Shown here: positions 1-10,080 of the stretch, one piece after another
How positions within the stretch are numbered: position 1 is the stretch's first letter
How the letters are laid out: every line of letters begins with the position of its first letter
NCBI GenBank assembly: GCA_965267575.1
Contig: OZ254086.1
Coordinates: 4,576,001-4,640,000 of the forward strand
Source: Calditrichales bacterium
GTDB taxonomy: Bacteria; Calditrichota; Calditrichia; Calditrichales; J004
Direction of reading: 5' to 3'
DNA length: 64,000 nt
The notes under the pieces: model-generated
What the model was told of the DNA's origin: nothing
Database searches by the model: none
What the model saw: only the letters and a program-made list of their open reading frames with translations
Translations under genes and position numbers: made by a program

Positions 1-1390
1 TCTCCTCAAAATGGTCGGAATCCCTTAAGGTCAAAGACTGTTTCCGGGCGGCCTGCGTTACGGCCCGGCCCAGCGGATGTTCGGAATAGCGTTCGGCGCT
101 GGCGGCAACGGTCAACAGTTCATCTGCCGTGCAGCCGTTCAAAGGGATAATGTCGGATATCTCCGGCTTGCCAAAAGTCAGCGTGCCCGTCTTATCAATC
201 AGCAGCACATCGGCTTTGGCCAGTGCTTCAATGTATTTGCCGCCCTTGATCAGCACGCCGCGTTTGGCGTTGGAGCCGACTGTCGCCAGCAGCGCCACGG
301 GTGTTGCCAGGGCAAAGGCGCAGGCACAGGCCACCACCATCACCGCCACGGTGGACATGATGCTGCCGCTCAGAATGTAGGTCAGCAGGGCGATGCCGGC
401 CACCACCGGCAGATAGTATCGGGAAAATGTATCGGCAAAACGCTGCACCTCGCCTTTGTGGGCTTCGGCCTCTTCCACCATGCGGATAATTTTGCCAAAG
501 GTGGAGTCGCGACCAATGGCATCGGCGCGTAGCAGCAGCCGCCCGCCCATGGCAATGGTGGAGGCGTAGACGCTCGCGCCCTCAGCCACATCCAGCGGCA
601 TCGATTCGCCGGTAATCGACGATTGGTCAACGGTGGCGCGACCTTCCAGGACCGTTCCATCCACCGGAATCTTAGCTCCGGGCCGCACGACGATATGATC
701 GCCCTGCTTCACCTCATTGATCGGTAGCTCATGTTCTCCGCCGTCACGCAGCACAGTGGCTTTTTGCGGAGCCATTTCAGTCAGCGAGCGCACAGAATCA
801 CGGGCCTTATCGGTGGTATAACCTTCAATGAAATCGCCGGTGCGCATAAAGAAAACCACAATCGCCGCAGTTACCCACTCCCCGGCAATCAGTGCGGCCA
901 CGGCCCCCAGCGCCATCAGCGCATGCGGCGTTACCATGCCTTTTGTGGCGGCCACTACAACCTGCCGGAAAACAGGCCAACCCATCGCCAGCACAAACAC
1001 GGCGCCCAGCCAGAAAGGCACCCACGCCGTTACCGCTTCAAACAATCCCAGCCATTCCCCGGCCACAACAACAACGAGAATGGCGCCAAATACCAGCCCA
1101 AACAGCCGGAACGATTTTTTGGCCAGATCTTCCATGGTGCGCTTTTCAGCAGCGTCTTGCTGATTCTCTTCCTCCAGCCTGTAGCCGATATCTTCCACGG
1201 CTTTTTTAAATTCAGAAAGCTCCGGCCGCCGCTCCCCCAGGCTGATGCGCGCCTTCTCCGCAGAGAGCAGCACTTCAACATCTTTTACACCGTCAATTTT
1301 CGCCAGGGCCTGCCTGACGTTCCTGGCACAACCGGCGCAATCCATGCCTTTAACTGTAATTTCAGTGATTTCTATTTGGTTTGTCTTCAT
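1..1390 (-). CDS. Heavy-metal-translocating P1B-type ATPase, partial (3' end runs off the window); missing from the ORF track
   Basis: Manual translation from ATG 1390: MKTNQIEITEITVKGMDCAGCARNV (HMA metal-binding CxxC), ITGESMP (actuator), VVACACAFALATP (TM metal site), DKTGTLT (phospho-Asp), SEHPL (N domain). Confidence 0.93.
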   Translation of the reverse strand, partial: MKTNQIEITEITVKGMDCAGCARNVRQALAKIDGVKDVEVLLSAEKARISLGERRPELSEFKKAVEDIGYRLEEENQQDAAEKRTMEDLAKKSFRLFGLVFGAILVVVVAGEWLGLFEAVTAWVPFWLGAVFVLAMGWPVFRQVVVAATKGMVTPHALMALGAVAALIAGEWVTAAIVVFFMRTGDFIEGYTTDKARDSVRSLTEMAPQKATVLRDGGEHELPINEVKQGDHIVVRPGAKIPVDGTVLEGRATVDQSSITGESMPLDVAEGASVYASTIAMGGRLLLRADAIGRDSTFGKIIRMVEEAEAHKGEVQRFADTFSRYYLPVVAGIALLTYILSGSIMSTVAVMVVACACAFALATPVALLATVGSNAKRGVLIKGGKYIEALAKADVLLIDKTGTLTFGKPEISDIIPLNGCTADELLTVAASAERYSEHPLGRAVTQAARKQSLTLRDSDHFEE

Positions 1391-1464
1391 TGTTTAACAC
1401 TGGATTAATAGAGTTTAGCGGAGACGTAAGTCTTGCATTTCTTCAAAATTGAATCTTTCATTCG

Positions 1465-2454
1465 TCAATTCGCCGCTTCAGGTTGTACCCTGTTGTACTT
1501 ATTGCGGTATTGGACGGGCGTCAGGCCGGTAATTTTCTTAAAGGTGGTGCGGAAGGCTTTGGGATCGCTGTAGCCCACATTGTACATTACCTCGGAAACG
1601 TTTTCGCCTGATACTTCCAGGCTCTTCTTGGCCGCTTCGATCTTTACCCGCTGGATGTATTCGACAACGGAGTTTGAGGTCGCTTTCCTGAAGCGCCGCT
1701 CCAGGCTGCGCCGGCCCAGGGCCAGCTTTTCGGCCAGCGCGTCGACGGTCAGCTTTTCGCGGTAATTTTGTTCAATCAGCATCTGCGCTTTTTTCACCGC
1801 TGTGTCGCCATGCTCTTTCTGCCCGCGGAAAATAATAAACGGCGACTGGCTCTCCTTGTTGATATCGATCATATAGGTTTTGGAAACCAGGATGGCGATC
1901 TCGCGACCGGCATATTTTTCGATAAGATAAAGCAGCAGGTTCAGGAAAGCGTAGGCCCCGCCGCTGGTGTAGATGCCGTCCGACTCGGTCATAATTTTAT
2001 CATCCACAAGCTGCACATCGGGGTACATGGCGCGGAAGTTGGCAGCCTCCCCCCAATGCGTGGCGCACGGTCTGCCTTTGAGCAGGCCGGTAGCCGCCAG
2101 GAAAAAGGCGCCGATACACATGCTGGCGATTTCCGATCCGTTGCGGTACTGCTGTACAATCCAGGGCAAAAATTCGTTGTTGCGTTCGATTGCTTCCTTC
2201 TGATCGTCGTGTAATGCCGGTATTACAATCAGGTTTGTCCGGGTAACGTCGCCGATCAGCACATCAGGATTGATGGTAAACAAACCGCTGGCAAGGCGCG
2301 TCTCCCTGGAAACGCCCACAAGCTGAATCTTGAACAGCGGCGGCTTGCCCATCTGCGCCAGGAAGGTATTGACCTGGGAAAGAATCTGGTGCGTGCCGCC
2401 GATATTGACGACACTGGCTGTCCCTCGCGGGATAAGGATGGATACGTGTTTCAT
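1465..2454 (-). CDS. GlxA-family AraC transcriptional regulator (DJ-1/PfpI domain + HTH)
   Basis: ASMCIGAFFLA, ATHW and TSGG in the N-terminal part; C-terminal double HTH (RSLERRFRK...VGYSDPKAFRTTFKKITGLTP). Confidence 0.92.
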   Translation of the reverse strand: MKHVSILIPRGTASVVNIGGTHQILSQVNTFLAQMGKPPLFKIQLVGVSRETRLASGLFTINPDVLIGDVTRTNLIVIPALHDDQKEAIERNNEFLPWIVQQYRNGSEIASMCIGAFFLAATGLLKGRPCATHWGEAANFRAMYPDVQLVDDKIMTESDGIYTSGGAYAFLNLLLYLIEKYAGREIAILVSKTYMIDINKESQSPFIIFRGQKEHGDTAVKKAQMLIEQNYREKLTVDALAEKLALGRRSLERRFRKATSNSVVEYIQRVKIEAAKKSLEVSGENVSEVMYNVGYSDPKAFRTTFKKITGLTPVQYRNKYNRVQPEAAN

Positions 2455-2476
2455 GAAAACAATTTAGCGCGAGGCG

Positions 2477-2544
2477 TTGTCGCAATCAACCTCTGAGATT
2501 GGCGTATTTGCACCTTGTAAATCCTACCCTGTCCGGGCTATAAT
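2477..2544 (+). promoter_or_regulatory. Candidate sigma70-type promoter with tandem AraC-type half-sites
   Basis: Imperfect direct repeats TTGTCGCAATCAACCT (2477) and TTGGCGTATTTGCACCT (2499), 22 bp apart, abut TTGTAA-N18-TATAAT (2515-2544) in the divergent intergenic region. Confidence 0.5.
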
Positions 2545-2614
2545 AATCCGCAGAAAATAATTGCTATCAATTTTGTAGCTCTAAAACGCTATATTCAAAC
2601 TTAAAGGAGGGTAC

Positions 2615-3043
2615 ATGCCAACGTTAAATCCCTATCTGAATTTTCTGGGTAATACCGAAGAAGCATTCCGTTTTTACCAATCGGTGTTTGGCGGCAAGCT
2701 GGACATCCGGCGTTTTAAGGATATGCCGGAAACAAGCAACGTGCCGGATAAAGAAAAGGAGCTGGTGATGCATGCGGCGCTGCCAATCGGCAAGAGTAAT
2801 GTGCTTATGGCCACCGACGCACTGGACTCTATGGGCCAGAAGGTGAATGCCGGTAACAACTTTTACATCTCCGTCAATACGGACAGCAAAGCAGAAGCGG
2901 ACAAAATATTCCGCGGCCTCTCCGACGGCGCAAAGATTGAAATGGAGATGGGCGATACATTTTGGGGCGCCTACTTCGGGATGCTGAAAGACAAATTCGG
3001 CATCCAGTGGATGGTCAGCTACGACCGCCCGCAGAGCAGTTGA
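2615..3043 (+). CDS. VOC/PhnB-like glyoxalase-superfamily protein
   Basis: LNPYLNF.GNTEEAF.FY..VFGG ... FWGAYFGMLKDKFGIQWMV; AAGGAGG RBS. Confidence 0.9.
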   Translation: MPTLNPYLNFLGNTEEAFRFYQSVFGGKLDIRRFKDMPETSNVPDKEKELVMHAALPIGKSNVLMATDALDSMGQKVNAGNNFYISVNTDSKAEADKIFRGLSDGAKIEMEMGDTFWGAYFGMLKDKFGIQWMVSYDRPQSS

Positions 3044-3061
3044 ATTTTAACCGGAGAAAAG

Positions 3062-3955
3062 ATGCAGAAAATTATCCCTTTTTTATGGTTTGATGACAAT
3101 GCCGAAGAGGCCGTCGATTTATACAGCTCGTTGTTCGAGGACTCCATGACCAACAGGAAAAGCCATTACAGTGATGAGGTTGCTGAAATGTCCGGCCGGG
3201 CCAAAGGCAGCGTGATGACCATTGATTTTGAGCTGGCCGGGCAGCAATTTGTCGCACTAAACGGCGGACCCATGTTTAGGTTCTCGCCGGCCGTTTCCTT
3301 TTTCGTCAACTGTGCCGATGAAACGGAGATTAACCGTCTTTGGGAAAAACTTGGCGCCGGCGGCCAGGCGATGATGCCGCTGGATACATACCCGTTTGCC
3401 GAGAAATACGGCTGGATACAGGACAAATTCGGCCTCTCCTGGCAACTCATCCTGCGCAAAGCGGATCGGAAAATTGCCCCCTGCTTCCTGTTTGTAGGCA
3501 ATCGTTTCGGCCGGGCGGAAGAAGCGATGCAGCTTTACAGCGCCCTGTTTGATGATTCTGAAATCGTCAACGTAGAACGCTTTGGTCCGGATGAAGCCGG
3601 CGAGCAAGGCAAAATCAAGTATGCCGACTTCAGGCTGCGCGGCGAGAGCTTTACAGCCATGGAGAGCAACGCCGGCCACGACTTCGATCTTACACAGGCC
3701 ATTTCGTTTATGGTAATGTGTGCCTCACAGCAGGAAGTGGACAGGTACTGGAACGAGCTGACGAAAGGCGGCGAAGAGCAGCAATGCGGCTGGCTGAAGG
3801 ATCGTTTTGGAATCTCATGGCAGATTGTTCCCACGGTATTGAACAGCCTTATTGGCGGGCCGGACAAGCAAAAAGCCAAAAGCGCCGTGCAGGCCATGTT
3901 GCAAATGAAAAAGCTGGATATCGCCGAACTGACCCGGGCATACCAAAACGGTTAA
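3062..3955 (+). CDS. Tandem two-domain VOC protein (3-demethylubiquinone-9 3-methyltransferase-like/PhnB family)
   Basis: QKIIPFLWFD..AEEA; repeated GW..D[KR]FG.SWQ motifs; ends AMLQMKKLDIAEL. Confidence 0.9.
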   Translation: MQKIIPFLWFDDNAEEAVDLYSSLFEDSMTNRKSHYSDEVAEMSGRAKGSVMTIDFELAGQQFVALNGGPMFRFSPAVSFFVNCADETEINRLWEKLGAGGQAMMPLDTYPFAEKYGWIQDKFGLSWQLILRKADRKIAPCFLFVGNRFGRAEEAMQLYSALFDDSEIVNVERFGPDEAGEQGKIKYADFRLRGESFTAMESNAGHDFDLTQAISFMVMCASQQEVDRYWNELTKGGEEQQCGWLKDRFGISWQIVPTVLNSLIGGPDKQKAKSAVQAMLQMKKLDIAELTRAYQNG

Positions 3956-4015
3956 AGCCAAAGAGATCATCAAAAGCAGCATCGCAACGAAACGCAACCA
4001 AAGTGAGAAGAAACC

Positions 4016-4462
4016 ATGGACAAAAAAACCATAAAGAGATCAATCGATATAAACGCCGACAAGGATCAAGTTTGGAACGTGCTCACCGCCGACCGGCACA
4101 CGCGCGCCTGGTACGCGGCATTCAGCCCCGGCTCTTATGCCGAAACGGACTGGAAAGCCGGCAGCACGGTTTATTACAAAGACAGTAGCGGTAACGGCCT
4201 GATCAGTGAGATCAAGGAAAGCCGACCGGGCGAGATCATCTCCGTTGAACACAAAGCGGCCATTGTAAACGACCGGCGGGAAGACAGTCATGAAGAGTCC
4301 AGGGCGTGGGCCGGCAGTTGGGAAACCTACCGCATTGAGCCAAACGGCAGTGGTGTTAAGCTGACGATCGTACAGGATACACCACAAAAGTATTACGACT
4401 TTTTCATCAAAGCCTGGGACGAAGCGTTGCAGACGATCAAAAAACTGGCAGAGAGCCGGTAG
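4016..4462 (+). CDS. SRPBCC/AHSA1-like ligand-binding protein
   Basis: I.INA....VW.VLT...W ... W..ALQ.IK.LAE pattern; part of the VOC operon. Confidence 0.82.
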   Translation: MDKKTIKRSIDINADKDQVWNVLTADRHTRAWYAAFSPGSYAETDWKAGSTVYYKDSSGNGLISEIKESRPGEIISVEHKAAIVNDRREDSHEESRAWAGSWETYRIEPNGSGVKLTIVQDTPQKYYDFFIKAWDEALQTIKKLAESR

Positions 4463-4505
4463 CATTAACCCTGAATAGTTTAAAAGTCAACCACAAGGAG
4501 CAGTA

Positions 4506-5075
4506 ATGCGAAAACTAAAGCTGCAAATGCAAATGACCGTGGACGGATACGTCGCCGGCCCCAACGGTGAAATGGAGTGGATAACGCTGCCCTGGACAGA
4601 CGACATCAATGCCTATGTCAACGATCTGCTAAAACCGGTGGATACAATCCTGCTTGGCCGCAAACTGGCCGAAGGGTTTATCCCCTACTGGGCAGGCGTT
4701 GCAACCGATGCTAAGAATCCCGAACAGGATTCCGGAAAAATGTTTACGGATACGCCTAAGGTGGTTTTCAGTAAAACGCTGGAACAGTCAAAATGGGCCA
4801 ATACGGTTGTGGCCGGAGGCGATATTGTCAAAGAAGTCAACAAGCTGAAGCAGAAAGACGGTGGTGATCTTTATGCCTGCGGAGGCGCGACGTTTGTCTC
4901 GTCTCTTATAAAACACAACCTGATTGATGAATACCACTTGTTTATCAACGCGGCGGCCATCGGCAAAGGCATGCCGATATTTGACAGCCTGGATAAAACA
5001 ATAAACCTAACGCTCGTAAGGTCACTGGCCTTTGAATGCGGTATTGTGGTTTTATATTATAAGCCGCTCAAATAG
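4506..5075 (+). CDS. Dihydrofolate reductase-like (RibD C-terminal domain) protein
   Basis: MRKLKLQMQMTVDGYVAGP, LLGRK, PKVVFSKTL, GGATFVSSLI..LIDEY. Confidence 0.9.
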   Translation: MRKLKLQMQMTVDGYVAGPNGEMEWITLPWTDDINAYVNDLLKPVDTILLGRKLAEGFIPYWAGVATDAKNPEQDSGKMFTDTPKVVFSKTLEQSKWANTVVAGGDIVKEVNKLKQKDGGDLYACGGATFVSSLIKHNLIDEYHLFINAAAIGKGMPIFDSLDKTINLTLVRSLAFECGIVVLYYKPLK

Positions 5076-5101
5076 GAATTCAGGGACGCAAAACTCAATG
5101 A

Positions 5102-5755
5102 TCATTTATGGGCCGTTTGCTTAATTCGAAATTTGTCATAATAGGATTTAAAACCCAGTAACCGGGCAATCGGGATCAGCACAAAGTTTACAGCCTTTTG
5201 TACCGCAACCGGCGGTCCTTCAGCCAGGTAGGAATCAAAATACTGGTTGAACATGGCCATCTGGAAAATGACTTTTGGCGGCTGCATGTTTTGCTCATCT
5301 TCATCCATGTAGCCGTAAACCTGGCTTAGTCCTAAGGCAAAGTCCGCGGGCATCACCACATCCACGGCAACCGGCTTATCCGTGGGATTGTAAGGCTTAT
5401 GAGCGGCCCCCTTTTTCACAGTGAACGCCTTACCGGGTTGCAGCATAATTTTCTCTCCATCTACAATCAGGCCAAGTGTGCCGGAAATGGTTTTAAAAGT
5501 TTCATCCCAGCCGGTTTGAATATGCATGGGCGGCCCTTCCGCCTCAGGCGCAAACTCTAGCTTTAACCGCACTTGCCCGTTTAGCCTCTCCACAACGCTA
5601 ATCTTATCGCCAACAGAAGCGGAGCCAAAGCTGTCACCTTCATTGAGATAGCGGCGCGCGTCAGGTCGTTTTTCCGGAAATACTACGCGATGAAGAAAAT
5701 GCCCCAGCAAGAGATATACTACAAAAATCGCGATAGCTGAAATCACGTAAGTCAT
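5102..5755 (-). CDS. Cupin-domain protein with N-terminal membrane anchor
   Basis: GPPMHIQ...DETF...SGTL and GAAHKPYN cupin motifs; hydrophobic N-terminus. Confidence 0.8.
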   Translation of the reverse strand: MTYVISAIAIFVVYLLLGHFLHRVVFPEKRPDARRYLNEGDSFGSASVGDKISVVERLNGQVRLKLEFAPEAEGPPMHIQTGWDETFKTISGTLGLIVDGEKIMLQPGKAFTVKKGAAHKPYNPTDKPVAVDVVMPADFALGLSQVYGYMDEDEQNMQPPKVIFQMAMFNQYFDSYLAEGPPVAVQKAVNFVLIPIARLLGFKSYYDKFRIKQTAHK

Positions 5756-5828
5756 AATTTCTCACCTCTTTTTGGGGAAATATAGCACCCGCCTTTGGGC
5801 AAGTATTGTAAAAATGTAACCTGAAGCT

Positions 5829-6692
5829 TTATCGCGGCAGATTTTGAATAAAGTCGCTGGGGGTGCTGCCGGTTAACTGCTTAAAGTCCTTTATAAAATG
5901 GCTCTGATCGTAATAGCGGTTGTCGCAGGCCAGTTCAGCCCAGCCACGCACTCGCTTATTACGGATGGCCTTTAAAACGCGTTGCAGACGTTCTACTTTT
6001 TGATAAGTTTTGAGGCTGAGGCCGGCTTCTTGCTTAAATCGTTGCCCAAGGTGCTTGCGCGTAAAACCCGTTTCCCGGGAAAGCTCTTTAACACTCATAT
6101 ACGGATTGTTTTCAAACCTGGCGATAATGTAATCCGACAACAAATTCTGCTTGATGGGTGCGTGCCCCAATTCTGCTTTTAGCCAACGGCAGACAATATG
6201 AAACCGTCGACGCGCATCGGGGGCCTGTCGCAGTTCAGGGATCACATCTTTGACGTGATTTTGTATGACGTCATCCAGCTCAATCAAATGACCGGTGAAT
6301 TTTGTCTGCGGTATACCCAGGATCTTAAAATAGCCGTTTGCCACAAAGCGCACGCTGATGAAGTGACAATGTTTGGGGTGCCAGGCGCGCACAAATGATG
6401 TTTTGCTGCCCTGGATTGTGCAGGTTCTAACTGTGCCGGTGATGCTGCCCGTTTTGCCACAAATCGGGTGAGCCAGGTTGATCAGTATTTCGGGGGTATT
6501 ACCGGGATAAAGATCCGTCTCCGTATCCACGGAATGGCCGCGCGCTTCAACTATCTCTTTTACAACTGCCGGAAGCAAAGGACCGCGATACGTTGTAAAA
6601 GTTATATTACCGATTGTTTTCTGGCGTATATAACGTCTTTCGTTACCAGGCATAATATTTTTTGTTTTTGAACTGGCACATACAGTATACAA
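5829..6692 (-). CDS. AraC-family regulator (DUF6597-like N-terminus); true start probably ATG 6653
   Basis: C-terminal HTH: RKHLGQRFKQEAGLS.K ... WAELA...YYDQSHFIKDFKQLTG.TP. Confidence 0.88.
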   Translation of the reverse strand: MYTVCASSKTKNIMPGNERRYIRQKTIGNITFTTYRGPLLPAVVKEIVEARGHSVDTETDLYPGNTPEILINLAHPICGKTGSITGTVRTCTIQGSKTSFVRAWHPKHCHFISVRFVANGYFKILGIPQTKFTGHLIELDDVIQNHVKDVIPELRQAPDARRRFHIVCRWLKAELGHAPIKQNLLSDYIIARFENNPYMSVKELSRETGFTRKHLGQRFKQEAGLSLKTYQKVERLQRVLKAIRNKRVRGWAELACDNRYYDQSHFIKDFKQLTGSTPSDFIQNLPR

Positions 6693-6731
6693 AGCTCACA
6701 CCGTGAAAAACAAGAAAAGGATTTATATGAA

Positions 6732-7844
6732 TCAGCCCGTATTCAGCTCAATCCGCTTTCCGCCATTAGTTGACGAATCCATGATAGCCCGGACAATGCG
6801 GATATCGGCAAGGCCTTCTTCGCCGGGCACTATCGGCGCCCTGTTTTCTTTGATGGCCAGGGCGTCATCGTCCATTTGCCGCGCCTGCTGGTGCCGCGGG
6901 TCCGGCGGGAGTACGGTTCCGTCACTGGTTTTACCGCGTACACCGGAGTAGCTTTGAAAGGGCCGCAGATGATACCAGCCCTCGCTGCAGGTGACATCAA
7001 GATAATTGGTCCATTTGCCGAAACTGGTCTCCCCTTTCGCTGAAATGCCGTTGGGAAACTCCAGCTCGAACTCAGTAAACTCATCCACCTCGGCGTACAT
7101 TTGCTTGCGCTCCGACCATTGCCGGCCTTTTACGGCAAGAGGCTCCATGCCTGTCGCGTAGCGCGCGCCGTTGATCGGATAAACGCCCATATCGTACAAA
7201 GCACCACCGCCCAAACGGGCAATCCTCCGCCAGTCTTGTGGATCCGGATGGGCGCCGTTATATCCAGCCCCTGTTTCAACGGCGGCAACAGCGCCATAGG
7301 TTTTTTCCCTGCCATAGCGGATAATCGTTTGCGTATTAGGTTCGTGCTGCATGCGGTAGCCAACCGTCAATTGCACTTTGTTCTTCTTCGCGGCATCGAT
7401 GATGTTTTGACATTCCGCGACATCCATGGCCATGGGCTTCTCACACCAGACGTGTTTACCCGCCTCGGCGGCCTTTATTGCATCACGGGCGTGCACACCG
7501 GGGGGTGTCACAATATAAACGATATCAATATCGTCGTTATTGGCAATCTCCCCTATTGTTTCGTAACTGTAAACATTGCGGTCGGGGATACCATAGCGTT
7601 CCTGCCAGCCGGGTATTTTATATGGCGAGCCGGTTACAATACCGCGCAGCTCACAATGTTGCGTACGCTGCAGTCCCGGCGCGAGCCTTCCCGTGCTGTA
7701 GCTGCCCAGGCCAACAAGCGCCACGCCCAGTTTCTTTTTAGGCCGGGGGATAATAATAGCAGGAAAACCCAGAGCTGATACAACAAATAAGGTACCGCTT
7801 CGGTGAAGGAATTTTCTTCTGGTAACAATGCTACTTACAGACAT
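6732..7844 (-). CDS. Gfo/Idh/MocA-family oxidoreductase with Tat signal (glucose-fructose oxidoreductase-like)
   Basis: TRRKFL twin-arginine motif, VGLGSY Rossmann motif, HVWCEKPMA, GGGALYDMGVY. Confidence 0.92.
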   Translation of the reverse strand: MSVSSIVTRRKFLHRSGTLFVVSALGFPAIIIPRPKKKLGVALVGLGSYSTGRLAPGLQRTQHCELRGIVTGSPYKIPGWQERYGIPDRNVYSYETIGEIANNDDIDIVYIVTPPGVHARDAIKAAEAGKHVWCEKPMAMDVAECQNIIDAAKKNKVQLTVGYRMQHEPNTQTIIRYGREKTYGAVAAVETGAGYNGAHPDPQDWRRIARLGGGALYDMGVYPINGARYATGMEPLAVKGRQWSERKQMYAEVDEFTEFELEFPNGISAKGETSFGKWTNYLDVTCSEGWYHLRPFQSYSGVRGKTSDGTVLPPDPRHQQARQMDDDALAIKENRAPIVPGEEGLADIRIVRAIMDSSTNGGKRIELNTG

Positions 7845-7917
7845 GGCTTCAAGCTAATAAGAATAGTAATAAAGTAAAAGCTGCATTGTGTCATCGAAGA
7901 CGCGTTTTGGCTTCCAT

Positions 7918-9303
7918 TTACTGTGATTGAAAAACTTCTTCCCTGCCTTTTTGCTTTTCCGTTAAAGGAATCATATAAAGCACAAATTGAGGATGGGAAA
8001 GCCATCTCGATGCAATCTTTTGAATATCTTGGGATGTCAGGTTATGCTGTTTTTCCAGACGCGCAATGTAAGCATCCGGATCGCCCGTAAACAAAAGCCC
8101 CCTGCCTAAAAGCGATGTGCGGCTTGATATCCAGCCCGGCTTATCCAATGCATTGCGGACAGCTTGTAATTCGGCCTCTCTCGCTCTTATGAGTTCGCTT
8201 TCCGCAGGACCTTCCGTTAGAAGCGCGCCGACATGCTTATTGATCCAGTTAACGATTTCTTTTTCATCCGCTGTGCCGTCATGGCTGGCAACAATACTGA
8301 AAATGCCGGCGAGCTGATAGAGTTCGAGTCGGCGTGTAGCTGATATATAGCTGATGTGGTCGGGTTTGTCGCTGTCGTTTTTCATCCTGTCGTCCAGCAC
8401 ATGCGCCAACAGACGCAAGCCGGCGTCGTCCTCACTGCCCCAGGCCGCAACGGGCCAGCTTACTGAGATGGTTGGCTCATCGGCACGGATGACAACGTTT
8501 GCTTCCCCGCCCCGACTTTTCACAGGCCATGGTTTTTCCAACGGCGGACGGTCTCCCCCGGGGATTGATTCGAAGTGCTGTTTGATAAATAATTTGGACT
8601 TTTCCGGGTCAAATTGTCCTACAATAAAGAGCGTGCTGTATTCCGGCCGGAAATGTGCGCGGAACCATCTCCGTAAGTCATCAACGGAAAGGGCTTTATT
8701 TTCTTCGAGAGTACCGTAACTCCCATGTCCGTAGGGATGGTGAGCTCCGAAAATGCCTGCACGATCTGCCATGCTGGCTTTTGGCGCCCAATAATACCTG
8801 GCCCGTTCTGTCATCTCTGTTAGAACATTTTCACGATGACTTTCAACATTTTTTTCAATAATGTCTTCAGCATTTGCATTCAAGCGATCTGCGACGTAAG
8901 CCAATATCAACTCAAGATTGTCTTGTTTGGTTTGCAGGTAATAGTACGTAAAATCGGGCCGCGTTCGTGCATTGCTACCACTGAGGGATTCTAAAAATTT
9001 TTTCTTTTTTGGGCGATCGTTACGAAAGCCATAAGGCGTTGCATGCTCAAAAAAGTGTGCCATTCCAAAACGCCCCGGCCATTCATGGCGCGTTCCGGCA
9101 TGCACCCACAATTCAATCGAAACTTCTTCCTGCTTTTGATCCGGCTGTAATAAAACCTGAAGCCCGTTGGGCAGCGTAAATTTTTCCCATTTTAATTTCA
9201 AAGAAGTAATAGAGGTGTCCTGAGCCGACACGAAATGTGCTTCTACCATTAATAAAATAAGTATAGTGGGCAAAGACCTCAGAGCGAGTTGTAAGTTGCG
9301 CAT
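7918..9303 (-). CDS. Secreted M16 (pitrilysin-family) zinc peptidase
   Basis: Signal peptide; FTLPNGLQV; inverted zincin HFFEH; NA.T..D.T.YY; HPYGH. Confidence 0.88.
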   Translation of the reverse strand: MRNLQLALRSLPTILILLMVEAHFVSAQDTSITSLKLKWEKFTLPNGLQVLLQPDQKQEEVSIELWVHAGTRHEWPGRFGMAHFFEHATPYGFRNDRPKKKKFLESLSGSNARTRPDFTYYYLQTKQDNLELILAYVADRLNANAEDIIEKNVESHRENVLTEMTERARYYWAPKASMADRAGIFGAHHPYGHGSYGTLEENKALSVDDLRRWFRAHFRPEYSTLFIVGQFDPEKSKLFIKQHFESIPGGDRPPLEKPWPVKSRGGEANVVIRADEPTISVSWPVAAWGSEDDAGLRLLAHVLDDRMKNDSDKPDHISYISATRRLELYQLAGIFSIVASHDGTADEKEIVNWINKHVGALLTEGPAESELIRAREAELQAVRNALDKPGWISSRTSLLGRGLLFTGDPDAYIARLEKQHNLTSQDIQKIASRWLSHPQFVLYMIPLTEKQKGREEVFQSQ

Positions 9304-9391
9304 TTTTGCGTCCTGATGTTGGTTTGCTGTTGGCGCATGGACGCAACACTTTGCATTTTTGTTTCAAACGCGCATAGAACAGACATGAATA

Positions 9392-9802
9392 TTAAACTGA
9401 AATTTCTCTTTTTGTTAACCAATTTAGCAAAGCTATTGAGTGAATGTAGCCGATCAAATAATGAGTAAAATCCAGCCAGGAGAACGAAGTGCCTAATACC
9501 GTTCTGGCAATAAAGCTACTTCGAAGGCTCGATAAAAAGGGTGTGTGCCACAACTGACTAAACTCGATAACACAGGTCAACAAAAATACCGTTGTTGCAA
9601 TCTTAACAATACTCGGCTTGTATAAAAATATAGAAATAAATAGCGTCCAGAACATGACATATAAAATACCTCCCATTGAGTTGTTGACCCAATGCGATAT
9701 AGGTCCTGAATAAACCTTCGTATAAAAGCCAAGTGGAGTAAGAACAAGTAAAACCAGCAACGTCCACTTTTTTCGAATGATGAGAGAAGGCATTCTAATC
9801 AT
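9392..9802 (-). CDS. Small membrane protein, DUF2809-like
   Basis: Hydrophobic; IEFSQLWHTP.L..LR......VLGT.FSW.D..Y..G motif. Confidence 0.75.
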   Translation of the reverse strand: MIRMPSLIIRKKWTLLVLLVLTPLGFYTKVYSGPISHWVNNSMGGILYVMFWTLFISIFLYKPSIVKIATTVFLLTCVIEFSQLWHTPFLSSLRSSFIARTVLGTSFSWLDFTHYLIGYIHSIALLNWLTKREISV

Positions 9803-9966
9803 AATTCCATATAGGACCCTTAAGACCAGGTTTATTACCTGCTGCCATAATTTCTATTTTTTTGCTTTGGTGCTTTTCTTGCTTTACGCGCTTAAAAGTA
9901 CAATACCTAATAAGTAAACAGATATTCCTGTGCCTAAGTATAGTTGTTGGTCAAATTTTACTAAAT

Positions 9967-10012
9967 AAAAAAAGGGTCTGCGCCGCTTCCCCTCATAACG
10001 TCGCAAACCCTT
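9967..10012 (-). terminator. Degenerate intrinsic terminator downstream of the tRNA-Leu remnant
   Basis: Minus strand AAGGGTTTGCG...CGCAGACCCTT followed by a T-run; homologous to 52324-52369. Confidence 0.7.
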
Positions 10013-10020
10013 GATATTAC

Positions 10021-10080
10021 TGGTACAGGATGGGGACTCGATCCCCACCCGGTATTACCCGAAACGGTTTTTTTGTATCA
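10021..10080 (-). pseudogene. Decayed 3'-half tRNA-Leu fragment (att-site remnant)
   Basis: TGGTACAGGATGGGGACTCGATCCCCACCCGGTATTACCCGAAACGG aligns with 52378-52426; the T-loop and anticodon are mutated. Confidence 0.75.

Noticed and set aside
77..1408. Plus-strand ORFs 77-532 and 731-1408
   Set aside because: Antisense shadows of the minus-strand P1B ATPase.
9306..9346. Inverted repeat TTGCGTCC...GGACGCAA before the M16 peptidase start
   Set aside because: An 8-bp stem with a long loop, single occurrence and no attC boxes; too weak to call.
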